A stretch of 32,000 nucleotides of DNA from Pseudoalteromonas translucida KMM 520. Lineage in GTDB: Bacteria; Pseudomonadota; Gammaproteobacteria; Enterobacterales; Alteromonadaceae. How positions within the stretch are numbered: position 1 is the first letter of the stretch; every line of letters starts with the position of its first letter. Positions 10,340 to 18,700 of this stretch are shown here, piece by piece. Location: contig NZ_CP011034.1 in NCBI RefSeq assembly GCF_001465295.1, positions 330,001 through 362,000 on the forward strand, in the 5' to 3' direction. The notes under the pieces were generated by a model. It was not told where the DNA came from. It did no database searches and was given only the letters and a program-made list of their open reading frames with translations. A program made the translations under genes and the position numbers.

Positions 10340-11005
10340 TCACATTGGAGTACCACTTTTACCACAAAGTTGGGTTTTTAATTGATTTGCAAAGCTAATA
10401 AACTTTTCTTTAATGGTGCGCTTAATCTTTATTTCTACTGAGCCCATAATAGCCTTTCCTTCAATATGGATGGTCGGCCCTTGATGCTTGTTAAGTGCCA
10501 CTGTTTTATTTTCAACACTACTAATAATGCTAAACATTTTTGATACTACATTGACGTGTTCTGGTACGTATATTTCATCACTGCCAAAAATACAGTTAAC
10601 ATGAATCGTCACCTCTTGGTGGGTAAAAATAGCATCAGTAAAATCAAGTACTACCGAGCCCATAAAGTTAGTCAGGTAAATATTTTTAGGCACAACCCAT
10701 TGGCCACTTCTTTCATTGGAGCCTAAAATACTGCGTAATGTAAAGTCACTCTGGCTAGATTGTTGAGCGCTATAATTGGGTGAAAATTGCGAATGCTTTT
10801 GGGCATTATATTGCTGATCAGTATTAAGGGTTAAATCCTCAACTAAGCTAACAAGGGTTTCATTATTACTTGTAGCCATTGCCTCATCTAAACGTCTTTC
10901 AAATGCTTCTACAGAAATAACTCCATGGCTGTAATTATAAATTAGTTGATCAATCACTTCTTCGCGCACTTGCTCTTGCGGGCGGTCTGTTATTTTTACG
11001 CTCAT
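10340..11005 (-). CDS. Hypothetical soluble protein with an N-terminal DUF1707/SHOCT-like motif and a C-terminal LiaF-like (DUF2154-like) beta-rich domain
   Basis: 221 aa. ISVEAFERRLDEAMAT matches the DUF1707-type helix motif. A Q/S-rich linker follows. The C-terminus shows repeated F/M-G-S-hydrophobic patterns (FMGSVVLDF, IFGSDEIYVPEHV, IMGSVEIK) like the LiaF C-terminal domain. I see no TM helix. Confidence 0.55.
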   Translation of the reverse strand: MSVKITDRPQEQVREEVIDQLIYNYSHGVISVEAFERRLDEAMATSNNETLVSLVEDLTLNTDQQYNAQKHSQFSPNYSAQQSSQSDFTLRSILGSNERSGQWVVPKNIYLTNFMGSVVLDFTDAIFTHQEVTIHVNCIFGSDEIYVPEHVNVVSKMFSIISSVENKTVALNKHQGPTIHIEGKAIMGSVEIKIKRTIKEKFISFANQLKTQLCGKSGTPM

Positions 11006-11172
11006 TAGGGTATTCCTTTTATTTTACTATTGTCACTATATAAGCAAAGCATATACCAAAAATATTATTGTTATTAATCAGTTTGTTATGTTTTTAGCCT
11101 ATTTGTGATTTTGTTATATTAACGATCCATTAACCAAAATGGTAATTATCTAGTTATTTTCACTACTGAGAA

Positions 11173-11198
11173 CTTTTTACCGATAAGTCGGTAAAAAA
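11173..11198. promoter_or_regulatory. 10-bp hairpin / near-palindrome in the osmY upstream region
   Basis: TTTTTACCGA (11174-11183) pairs with TCGGTAAAAA (11188-11197) across the loop TAAG, about 125-145 nt upstream of the osmY-like ATG. Its function is unknown. Confidence 0.3.
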
Positions 11199-11319
11199 GT
11201 GGTGTGTACAAAGTGAAGTTATTTTATATTTAACCTTAAGCTTATGATTTTGCTTGTTTATTAAAGTTGGCCTAAAGCTGGCATTAGTTAAAGTGTCTTT
11301 AATCAAAAGGAGAAAGATT

Positions 11320-11883
11320 ATGAAAACATTTAACAAATCTATCATTGCGGCGTTAGTTTTAGGTACTACGGCTATGGGTGCTCAAGCGAGCAGCTGGGAA
11401 AATGAAAGTAAAGATGCTTGGATTGATGGTAAGGCTGAAACAGTGCTTCTTATGAACACTAACCTCAATAACTTTGACATCAACACTGATGTAAAAAATG
11501 GCAAAGTTATACTAACAGGTAAAGTTAATAGCGAACTCGACAAAGAGTTAGCAGAAGAGCTTGTACTGAGTTTAGATGGCGTAACCGATGTTGATAACCA
11601 GCTTACTGTTGTGAAAAACATGAACAGTAAAAGCCATGACAACATGAAAGATGATGATGGTAGCGGCTTAACCGACGCTAAAATTACCACAGTCATCACA
11701 ACGCGTTATTTATTTAACTCAGAAGTCGGTGGTACAAACATTGATGTAGATACTGACAACGGTATAGTTACTCTTACCGGTACAGTGAACTCAGATGCTG
11801 AAAAACAGCTTGCAGTAAAAATTGCTAAAAATGCTGAAGATGTTCGCGACGTAGTAGATAAACTAACGATAGTTGCAAAGTAA
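11320..11883 (+). CDS. osmY: Periplasmic BON-domain osmotic-stress protein (OsmY-like)
   Basis: AAGGAG RBS (11307-11312). The signal peptide is MKTFNKSIIAALVLGTTAMGAQA. Two BON repeats are present (GKVILTGKV...VTDVDNQLTV and GIVTLTGTV...VRDVVDKLTIV). The ORF-track start at 11254 lacks an RBS. Confidence 0.88.
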   Translation: MKTFNKSIIAALVLGTTAMGAQASSWENESKDAWIDGKAETVLLMNTNLNNFDINTDVKNGKVILTGKVNSELDKELAEELVLSLDGVTDVDNQLTVVKNMNSKSHDNMKDDDGSGLTDAKITTVITTRYLFNSEVGGTNIDVDTDNGIVTLTGTVNSDAEKQLAVKIAKNAEDVRDVVDKLTIVAK

Positions 11884-11895
11884 CATAGTATTTAT

Positions 11896-11921
11896 AAAAC
11901 CCAGCTCTGCTGGGTTTTTTC
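11896..11921 (+). terminator. Intrinsic terminator after the osmY-like gene
   Basis: ACCCAGC / loop TCT / GCTGGGT, flanked by AAA upstream and TTTTTT downstream. Confidence 0.75.
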
Positions 11922-11956
11922 TTATAATTTTTTGTTTGTAAATAAGGAGAGTATTT

Positions 11957-12115
11957 ATGGATATTATACGTATTATTTTTTCAATCTTACTGCCACCACT
12001 GGGAGTATTTTTACAGGTGGGTTTAGGCTTACATTTTTGGATAAATATTTTACTTACGTTGTTTGGTTACTTCCCTGGAGTAATACATGCAATCTACATT
12101 ATCGCAAAAAAATAA
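11957..12115 (+). CDS. yqaE: Pmp3/YqaE (UPF0057) family small hydrophobic stress proteolipid, 52 aa
   Basis: Absent from the ORF track because it is under 60 aa. AAGGAG (11944-11949) lies 7 nt before ATG 11957. It translates to MDIIRIIFSILLPPLGVFLQVGLGLHFWINILLTLFGYFPGVIHAIYIIAKK, with the family-typical LPPLGV and GY.PG.IHA motifs, two TM helices and a TAA stop at 12113-12115. Confidence 0.85.
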   Translation: MDIIRIIFSILLPPLGVFLQVGLGLHFWINILLTLFGYFPGVIHAIYIIAKK

Positions 12116-12320
12116 TTCATTTCTGTTTGTCGCGTAATATAGGCTGTAAGTTGCTTGTTTAAAGCTCAATTTTTAAATTACGCGATATACAGCCTTCCAT
12201 TTCATTTTTACTTAGCTGCCAGTATTAACCCTAAATTCTGCAAATTTTAATATTACACCCATAAAAAGATTACTATTTAAGCAGTTAGACCATTGATTGT
12301 TAAAATAAAGACTTTTGCTA

Positions 12321-12349
12321 GTGACAAGCCCCTAAAAACTTTTTATACT
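12321..12349 (+). promoter_or_regulatory. Candidate sigma-70 promoter for the tRNA gene with a GC-rich discriminator
   Basis: GTGACA (12321-12326), a 17-nt spacer, then TATACT (12344-12349), followed by GCACCCCGC. An AT-rich UP-like tract lies upstream. The layout is typical of stable-RNA promoters. Confidence 0.5.
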
Positions 12350-12421
12350 GCACCCCGCTTTAGTCGCTATGTGGCTAAACGCTTCTTAAAAAATTAACTG
12401 TTTACAGTTATACAAAAAGTT

Positions 12422-12498
12422 GGCCCCTTAGCTCAGTTGGTTAGAGCACACGACTCATAATCGTTAGGTCCCCAGTTCGAGTCTGGGAGGGGCCACCA
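12422..12498 (+). tRNA. ileX: tRNA with CAU anticodon; the acceptor and D arms match the lysidine-modified tRNA-Ile2 type rather than elongator or initiator tRNA-Met
   Basis: It folds as a cloverleaf: acceptor GGCCCCT/AGGGGCC, D arm GCTC-AGTTGGTTA-GAGC, anticodon loop CTCATAA, T arm CCCAG-TTCGAGT-CTGGG, with an encoded CCA. From memory, the 5' GGCCCCTTAGCTCAG...GACTCATAATCG and 3' AGGGGCCACCA are almost identical to E. coli ileX. Confidence 0.88.
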
Positions 12499-12630
12499 AT
12501 TTTAAATATACCCACTAAAAATCATTCCAATCATTAACTAATGAATAGCTCTATGTTGTGTTAATTACACTTTAAGTATATTTGTGGCTGTCTCATTATA
12601 AAATAATAAATAGAATTGTTTTACGACAAT

Positions 12631-12657
12631 AAAAAATCCCTAATTAGGGATTTTTTA
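12631..12657. terminator. Bidirectional intrinsic terminator
   Basis: AAAAAA-TCCCTAATTAGGGA-TTTTTT. The core is a perfect 14-bp palindrome (12637-12650) with an A-run on one side and a T-run on the other. It could stop the tRNA transcript (plus strand) and the tautomerase-like gene (minus strand). Confidence 0.7.
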
Positions 12658-12848
12658 CAGAGTACTTATTAACGCTTTTAAGCTAATACCTATATTATTA
12701 ATAACATGATCATTCTGGCTTATTAAATAGCTAATTAATCCCGTTAGAAATAACCTGTAGGTCACTATATAAAATGACCTTGGTTAGTGATTAAGCTATT
12801 TTTTGCTGCTAGAACTGTTCACTAATTTAATGAAACGGCTAAAATAAA

Positions 12849-13178
12849 TTAATTTTTGCGGTAGATCTCATGTTCAATATCGTAAATATTAACGCTTAAG
12901 CTGTCTGATGCTCTGCAATAGGTTTTTAAACACTCAAGTAGTTGCTCACTTAACATTTGTTTTTGCTCAATAGAACGCCCTGCCAAAATGTGTACCGCGA
13001 TATGTATAAACCCCGACCTGCCTGCGCCCAGTAGATATTGCTGATAGGAAATAGCGCGTGTTTTTATGGTTTCTAAATCAAATAGATTACTTTGGAAAGC
13101 GGCGTTGTGAATTTTTTCTACAAGTACTTGTGGTAATACAGGGAGGTCTTCTGAGTGTTCAATAATAATGTGCGGCAT
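12849..13178 (-). CDS. Tautomerase-superfamily protein, 5-carboxymethyl-2-hydroxymuconate isomerase-like
   Basis: 109 aa starting MPHIIIEHSEDL (Pro-1 after Met removal), followed later by IHIAVHILAGRS. This parallels E. coli HpcD (MPHFIVECSDN...VHMTLKIGAGRS) from memory. Confidence 0.75.
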   Translation of the reverse strand: MPHIIIEHSEDLPVLPQVLVEKIHNAAFQSNLFDLETIKTRAISYQQYLLGAGRSGFIHIAVHILAGRSIEQKQMLSEQLLECLKTYCRASDSLSVNIYDIEHEIYRKN

Positions 13179-13333
13179 TTAGGCGTTCCTATTATGAGTT
13201 ACTACATGTGTGAACCTTATTATACCAAATACCAAGTTACTCGCTAACCCCTGGGCGAGTGAATTTTATAGCTAAAAAAAATTAAATCATGACACTGTAG
13301 CAATCAGGTAATCGTAATGAACAATTATGTTGC

Positions 13334-15475
13334 TCAGGGTAAATACTTTGCATCTATTCGCTTAATATCTATTTGCGGAGATTTATAAGAGGTATAAATT
13401 AACCAACCAGCGGTAGCAATATAAGTTAAGCCAGATGTTCTGCTAAATGAACGCTCAGGTAGGCGTATTATGTCGTGATGACTCGCTGAGGCAAAGTCAT
13501 AGTAACTTAAGCGATAGTCGCCCTGCGCTACATTAAAGTAATACACGCGTGACAGTGCTTGTGTTTCGCCTTCTTGGTAGTACCAGGATGTATGGTTAGA
13601 TAAATTAATAGACGCAACGAGGAGTTGCGCATTTTCGCTACCAGGGGGCTTGATCCAGAGTTGCTTGGCGTCGGGGTTGGCAAATATAAGCGCACCTTGC
13701 TTATCTTCATAGGCATATAAGGTGGATTGTTTAATCACTTGTCCTAGGTTGTTTCCTTTTAAATCAAAACGAAATACATGCTCACCATCTGATACTAATA
13801 CGTTGGTGCTATCATGCGACCAACTGGGTTTACCATGGCTACTAAAATTGGTTGTTAATGCGGTACTGGTTTGCGAGTTAAAATCATAAACGTAAAAGGC
13901 ATGCTCGCCTCTTTTTGCTACTACAAACGCAATGTAGCGTCCGCTTGGAGACCAAATAGGGCTGTAAATATTCGTTTTTAACTGAGTTAATTGCTTGCGA
14001 GCGGTACCATCTTTATTTGCTACCCAAAGCTCTTTAGATCCAGATTCATTCGATATAAATGCTAACTTACCGCTGCGTTCATTATAATCAGGAAAGCGAG
14101 TATTAAAGTGCGTAGATAAAATGGGGAAGGGTGAACTTGCCACTGCGTTATTAGTTGCTACTCGCATTAATGCTGAATCAGTATTCCACTGATGAAAGTA
14201 TAGGCTCCCATCTTGTGCATACTCAGGGTAGCTTAAGCCGTCTACGTGGGCGTTTGTTAGTGTTTTAGTGGTGAAATTATAAAAATAGCCTTGTCGTTTA
14301 CCTTTTTTAATCCCTGAAAACACCAGTAAATCTTTTTTAGGGTGCCAATCAACACCTTTAATTTCAACAAACCCAGATGTTAACTGTTGGGCACTGCCGG
14401 TATTAATATCGACTAAAAATAGCTCTTCAAACCCGGATGGTAGATTACGCGATACAACGAGTTGCTTGCCATCGGGTGAATACACCACAGACTCATCATA
14501 AAACTGGCAATTATTAGGGCAAGGCACTTGTGTGATTGCATGCGGGCTTGAGTGTAAATCGACTAAATTAAGCTGAGTTTGATTTACTTGGCTATTTTTA
14601 TTGCCGCTAATAAATACTAATTGGCTATCTGTAGCGTTGATATCTAAATCGGTACTGAGGCGATTACCACATTCACCAAGGGTTACTTTTTTTGCGTTTG
14701 CGAGCGTATATTTTATAATTTTACAACTGCTGCCTGCGCCGCGTTGATAATAAAATAGCTGCTCACGGTCATGACTAAAAACGGCGCGCCCTTCTATAAA
14801 AGGGGTGTCTGTTAAGGCAACGGCAGCTTGTTCTGGCATATATAGATCGCGTAAGTATAAGTTAGCTTTGAAACCTGGGCGGCGCCAAGAATAAACTAAA
14901 AAATGATTATCGTTCGATATGGCAGGAAATAACTCACGGCCAGGGCTTGTTGTAATAGTTTCTATATGTTCATAAAGGCGGATATCTGCTACGTGTTGCT
15001 TGCTCGTTGGTGGCATTTTTAAAGAGTATAAATAGCTGCCACAGATAATAATGATTAATAAAACACTGAGGATAAAAGGGTAAAGGTACTTTGTTTTAGG
15101 TGTATTGTTATTTTTTTGAGCAGATTCATCAGCTGTAGTAAAGCGAGGAGGTTGTGCTAGGCGATAACCTGTTTTACGCAATGTTTCTATATAGGTATTA
15201 CTAGGGTCGAGCTCTTTAAATGCTTTTCGTAAGTGCCAAATAGCATTAGTCAGGGCTTTTTCGCCCACAAATTGATTACCATCCCACACGTTATCAATTA
15301 ATTCTTCGCGAGTAACGGCGTGTGGATAGCATTCGGTTAGAAAACAAAGTAGTTCAATAAATTTAGGTTGTAAAATACATTCATTGTCAGCATGGTTTAG
15401 CTTATTTTCAAATGGAGAAACGTGGCAGTTTCCTACTGAAAATGGCGACTTAGTTTTCATAAATAATGCATTCAC
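13334..15475 (-). CDS. Membrane-anchored CadC/ToxR-like winged-helix transcriptional regulator with a large periplasmic TolB-like (PD40 beta-propeller) domain
   Basis: 713 aa. The N-terminus is an OmpR/PhoB-type wHTH (LQPKFIELLCFL...VTREELIDNVWDG...ALTNAIWHLRKAF...LRKTGYRL). One TM helix follows (YLYPFILSVLLIIIICGSYLYSL). The remaining ~560 aa carry recurrent PD40-type motifs (YSPDGKQLVV, WSPSGRYIAFV, WSHDSTNVLV, SGKLAFISNESGSKELWVANKDG). Confidence 0.82.
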   Translation of the reverse strand: MNALFMKTKSPFSVGNCHVSPFENKLNHADNECILQPKFIELLCFLTECYPHAVTREELIDNVWDGNQFVGEKALTNAIWHLRKAFKELDPSNTYIETLRKTGYRLAQPPRFTTADESAQKNNNTPKTKYLYPFILSVLLIIIICGSYLYSLKMPPTSKQHVADIRLYEHIETITTSPGRELFPAISNDNHFLVYSWRRPGFKANLYLRDLYMPEQAAVALTDTPFIEGRAVFSHDREQLFYYQRGAGSSCKIIKYTLANAKKVTLGECGNRLSTDLDINATDSQLVFISGNKNSQVNQTQLNLVDLHSSPHAITQVPCPNNCQFYDESVVYSPDGKQLVVSRNLPSGFEELFLVDINTGSAQQLTSGFVEIKGVDWHPKKDLLVFSGIKKGKRQGYFYNFTTKTLTNAHVDGLSYPEYAQDGSLYFHQWNTDSALMRVATNNAVASSPFPILSTHFNTRFPDYNERSGKLAFISNESGSKELWVANKDGTARKQLTQLKTNIYSPIWSPSGRYIAFVVAKRGEHAFYVYDFNSQTSTALTTNFSSHGKPSWSHDSTNVLVSDGEHVFRFDLKGNNLGQVIKQSTLYAYEDKQGALIFANPDAKQLWIKPPGSENAQLLVASINLSNHTSWYYQEGETQALSRVYYFNVAQGDYRLSYYDFASASHHDIIRLPERSFSRTSGLTYIATAGWLIYTSYKSPQIDIKRIDAKYLP

Positions 15476-15605
15476 ACCTTAATATATTTACAGTTTGAAA
15501 AAGTAACTACAGATACAGCTAAAAGCAAAGTTGCACGATGAGTTGTGCGTTTGTTAATTAACAGCTGTTTAACAATAAACACTTAAGTGAATGATTGTAA
15601 ATGAG

Positions 15606-15639
15606 TAGATGTTAAATAGATATAAAATAGGGATATAAA
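15606..15639. repeat. Three tandem helically phased AT-rich units (about 11 bp each) in the divergent intergenic region
   Basis: The units are TAGATGTTAAA (15606-15616), TAGATATAAAA (15617-15627) and TAGGGATATAAA (15628-15639). GATATAAA occurs twice, 13 bp apart. Confidence 0.35.
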
Positions 15640-15710
15640 CGAGATACCTTTCATTGTGTTTTCATTCACGATTGCATACAAACTATTACTTATAAAATAA
15701 TTAGTTAAGA

Positions 15711-15724
15711 CGTTATCGATAACG
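15711..15724. promoter_or_regulatory. Perfect 14-bp palindrome CGTTATCGATAACG, a candidate operator upstream of the TonB-dependent receptor
   Basis: The sequence equals its own reverse complement. With two mismatches per arm it extends to about 24 bp (15706-15729). It lies 68-81 bp upstream of the receptor start codon. Confidence 0.35.
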
Positions 15725-15791
15725 CCGTAAAAAGCCTACCCAAAATAGATAATGCCTTAACTTGCATAACAACAAATAGTAAGGGAATTGT

Positions 15792-18700
15792 GTGAGTAAT
15801 ATAGCAACTAAAAAGTGCACATTAGCATTAGCGATTACCGCTTGTTTATCAGGCCAAGCATTTGCAAATGACGCAGAAATTGAGCGTCAATCTATCGCTA
15901 AAAAAACGGATGTAGTAATTCAAGAAGAGCCAGAAAAAATTACCGTAACCGGCTCTCGTTTAAAGCGCGATAGTTTTTCAGTGACAACTCCCTTGGTAAC
16001 CATGGACCGCTCTGCAATACAAGATACTGGATTAGGCAATTTATCTGATGTGTTGGTCGATAATATGCCTGCGCTTAGCCAAAGTATTGGTAATACGACT
16101 AGTCAGTCAAGTATATCTGGCACGGGCCTTTCAACGGTGCAATTACGTTCATTAGGGGCTAATCGTACACTGACCTTGATAGATGGCCGTCGTGTGGTAT
16201 CAAATAGTTACGGTGGTAACTATGTTAGCCTTAATACTATTCCCAGCGGTATGGTTGAGCGAGTAGAGATTATTAGTGGTGGGGCGTCAGCTACTTATGG
16301 TGCCGATGCGGTGGCTGGAGTAGTAAATATTATTACTCAGTCTAAAAAAGAAGGTTTTGAATTTCAAGCACGTGGCGGCGAAACCACCAGTGGTGGCGGT
16401 AAAGAGTTTACGCTAGATGTAAACTACGGTACTTCGTTTGGTAACGACCGTGGTTATGTTTATGTTAGCACTAACTGGGATCGTGATTTTGGGATGAGCT
16501 TTTACGACCGAGACCGTGCACAAGTAGAGGCTGCGCACCGTTATAACGATGACCTAATGTGTAACCAAATGCTGACTGCAGATGGTTATCAATGCATGAG
16601 TGGCATAACCCAGGCAGATTGGAAAAGTAAAAGTGATGGCACCCTAGGTGGCGTATTTTTAGAAAGCAGCCGTAACGATACTCAGTTTTGGTACGACGGC
16701 CAAACACTTCGTGATGACTGGAAAGGTAACGAAGAAATTTACGGCATTAACTCACAGCAATACGTGATGCTAGATGTACCGAGCGATAACTTATCAACGG
16801 CGGTAAAAATTGATTTTGATATTACCGACGATATTACAAGTTACTTTCAGTTGCAATATAGTAAAAGTGGCTCGTTTAACAGTAAGTCGCCTGAAGATGA
16901 ATACGAAAATGCATCAGTACCGCGTTACGATCCGGTAACCGGCGACCCAATTGCAGATATTGCACCGGGTTATATACCGATAGATAACCCGTATGTACCG
17001 CAAGAAATTATCGATAGTAACCCATACAAAGATCGCATTTATTGGGACCGCCGTTTTGGTGAAGTAGGTAACATTAGCACAGATAATGATCGTACCACGG
17101 TTCGTACTTGGGCTGGATTACAAGGTACCATGTTTAATGGCGATTGGGACTGGGATGTATCTGCAGGGTATGGTCAATTTAAACAACATCAAATACGCAG
17201 TAATGAGTTAAACACAGTGCGTGTTAATCAGGCGCTGCAAGCTGAAAGACTTCCCGATGGTACTATTCAATGTAAAGATGCAGATGCTCGCGCCGAAGGT
17301 TGTGTTGCACTTAACTTATTTGGTGAAGGGTCTATTACTCCAGCAATGGCTGATTGGATCCGTACTAATCCAGTGATCGATACTAAAATTCAGCAGTACA
17401 CGGTAATGGGTTATATCACTGGTGATTTATTTGAAATGCCGGCAGGGAGTGTGTCTGCAGTATTTGGTGGTGAATACCGTAAAGATTCACAAAGCCTAGA
17501 TACTAGCGATGATATGAAAGCCGGCGGTATTACCTTTAACGTAGTACCTTCGTTTCAAGGTGAAGTAGAAGTGTATGAAGCGTTTGCTGAGCTGGCAATA
17601 CCTTTATTAAAAGATGCGCCACTGGCTAAAAGTTTATCTGCTGAAACCTCGTTGCGCTTAGCTAATTACAGTATGGAAAATATTAGTACCGTAGCTAGCT
17701 ATAAGTTAGGTTTGTTATGGCAGCCAATTGAAGGCTATATGGTGCGTGCTAACTATGCACGAGCACAACGTGCACCTACAATTACTGAGCTGATGTCACC
17801 ACCTCGCGGCGATTTTGATTCGTACGATGATATTTGTGATGGATTAACGGCTACATCTACTAAGCCGGGACATGCTAATTGTCGTTTAGAGCCTACGTTA
17901 GCGCAAAAGTTAGCAGATGATCCTAACTTTGAGTTTGAAAGTGAAGATAATAACTACTCGCCAAATACGGGTAACCCAAACTTAAAAGAAGAAACAGCAG
18001 ATACTTACACCTTTGGTGTGACCTTATCACCGGAGTATTTTGGTGGTTTTAATCTAGCTATTGATTACTACGATATTGCTATTGTTGATGCAATTGACGA
18101 AATTAGTAACGAAAATATTATGCGTGAATGTTATGCCTCTGACGCAGCGTGGGGCGATAGCAACGAATACTGTAATGATATTACCCGTAACGAAGAGGGG
18201 AATATTATAAAAGTACTACAAAGAGAGTATAACTTAGATGAGTTAACTGCTCGTGGGTACGACGTAGTAGCCACTTATAAGTTTGATATTGGTAGTTACG
18301 GTAGCATTAAGTTAAAAGCCGATTACAACCATGTAATTGAAAATTCACAAACATATGAAGGTCTTGATGGCAACGCTGTAACTACTCAATATGCAGGATA
18401 CGGCAGCACTAAAGATAAAGCTGCTATGTCAATCATATGGAGTATGGATGAGTTACGCGTACGTTGGCGCACCAATTACTTAGGCTCGTTTAAAGCAAGC
18501 CAAGAAGATGAAAACGATTATATTGAATACACGGCTGCAAACGATGAACGCTGTGCTGCGGGTGAAACAAGTTGCGTAGTTAACCCAGAGTCACTTGCGT
18601 ACCAAGACTACGGCTCATACTTAAAACACAGTTTATCGGCGTCATATACTATGGCATTAACACCTAAAAGTGATTTACGTGTTTTTGGTGGTGTAAATAA

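Noticed and set aside
11254-11319. Extended start of the osmY-like gene
   Set aside because: The position 11254 has no RBS. ATG 11320 is preceded by AAGGAG and starts a textbook signal peptide.
11163-11345. 60-aa minus-strand ORF in the osmY upstream region
   Set aside because: It overlaps the osmY RBS and start and an AT-rich promoter region. It has no RBS and is a hydrophobic, low-complexity product of AT-rich sequence.
11932-12162. 76-aa ORF in the supplied track (MFVNKESIYGYYTYYFFNL...)
   Set aside because: It overlaps the 52-aa Pmp3/YqaE ORF (11957-12115) out of frame. That ORF has a strong RBS and family motifs, whereas the 76-aa frame has no RBS and low-complexity, non-protein-like composition.
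12499-15475. tRNA-targeted genomic island downstream of the tRNA-Ile2 gene
   Set aside because: There is no integrase gene, and I could not find a direct repeat of the tRNA 3' end (…GGGAGGGGCCACCA) elsewhere in the window. The downstream genes have ordinary composition, so only the AT-rich 350-nt spacer remains as a weak hint.
15476-15791. Fur box or cobalamin riboswitch upstream of the TonB-dependent receptor
   Set aside because: Only isolated GATAAT/GATAAC hexamers are present, with no 19-bp Fur-box-like dyad. There is no B12-box (GCCACTG-like) and no GC-rich structured leader, and the region is too AT-rich for a cobalamin aptamer.
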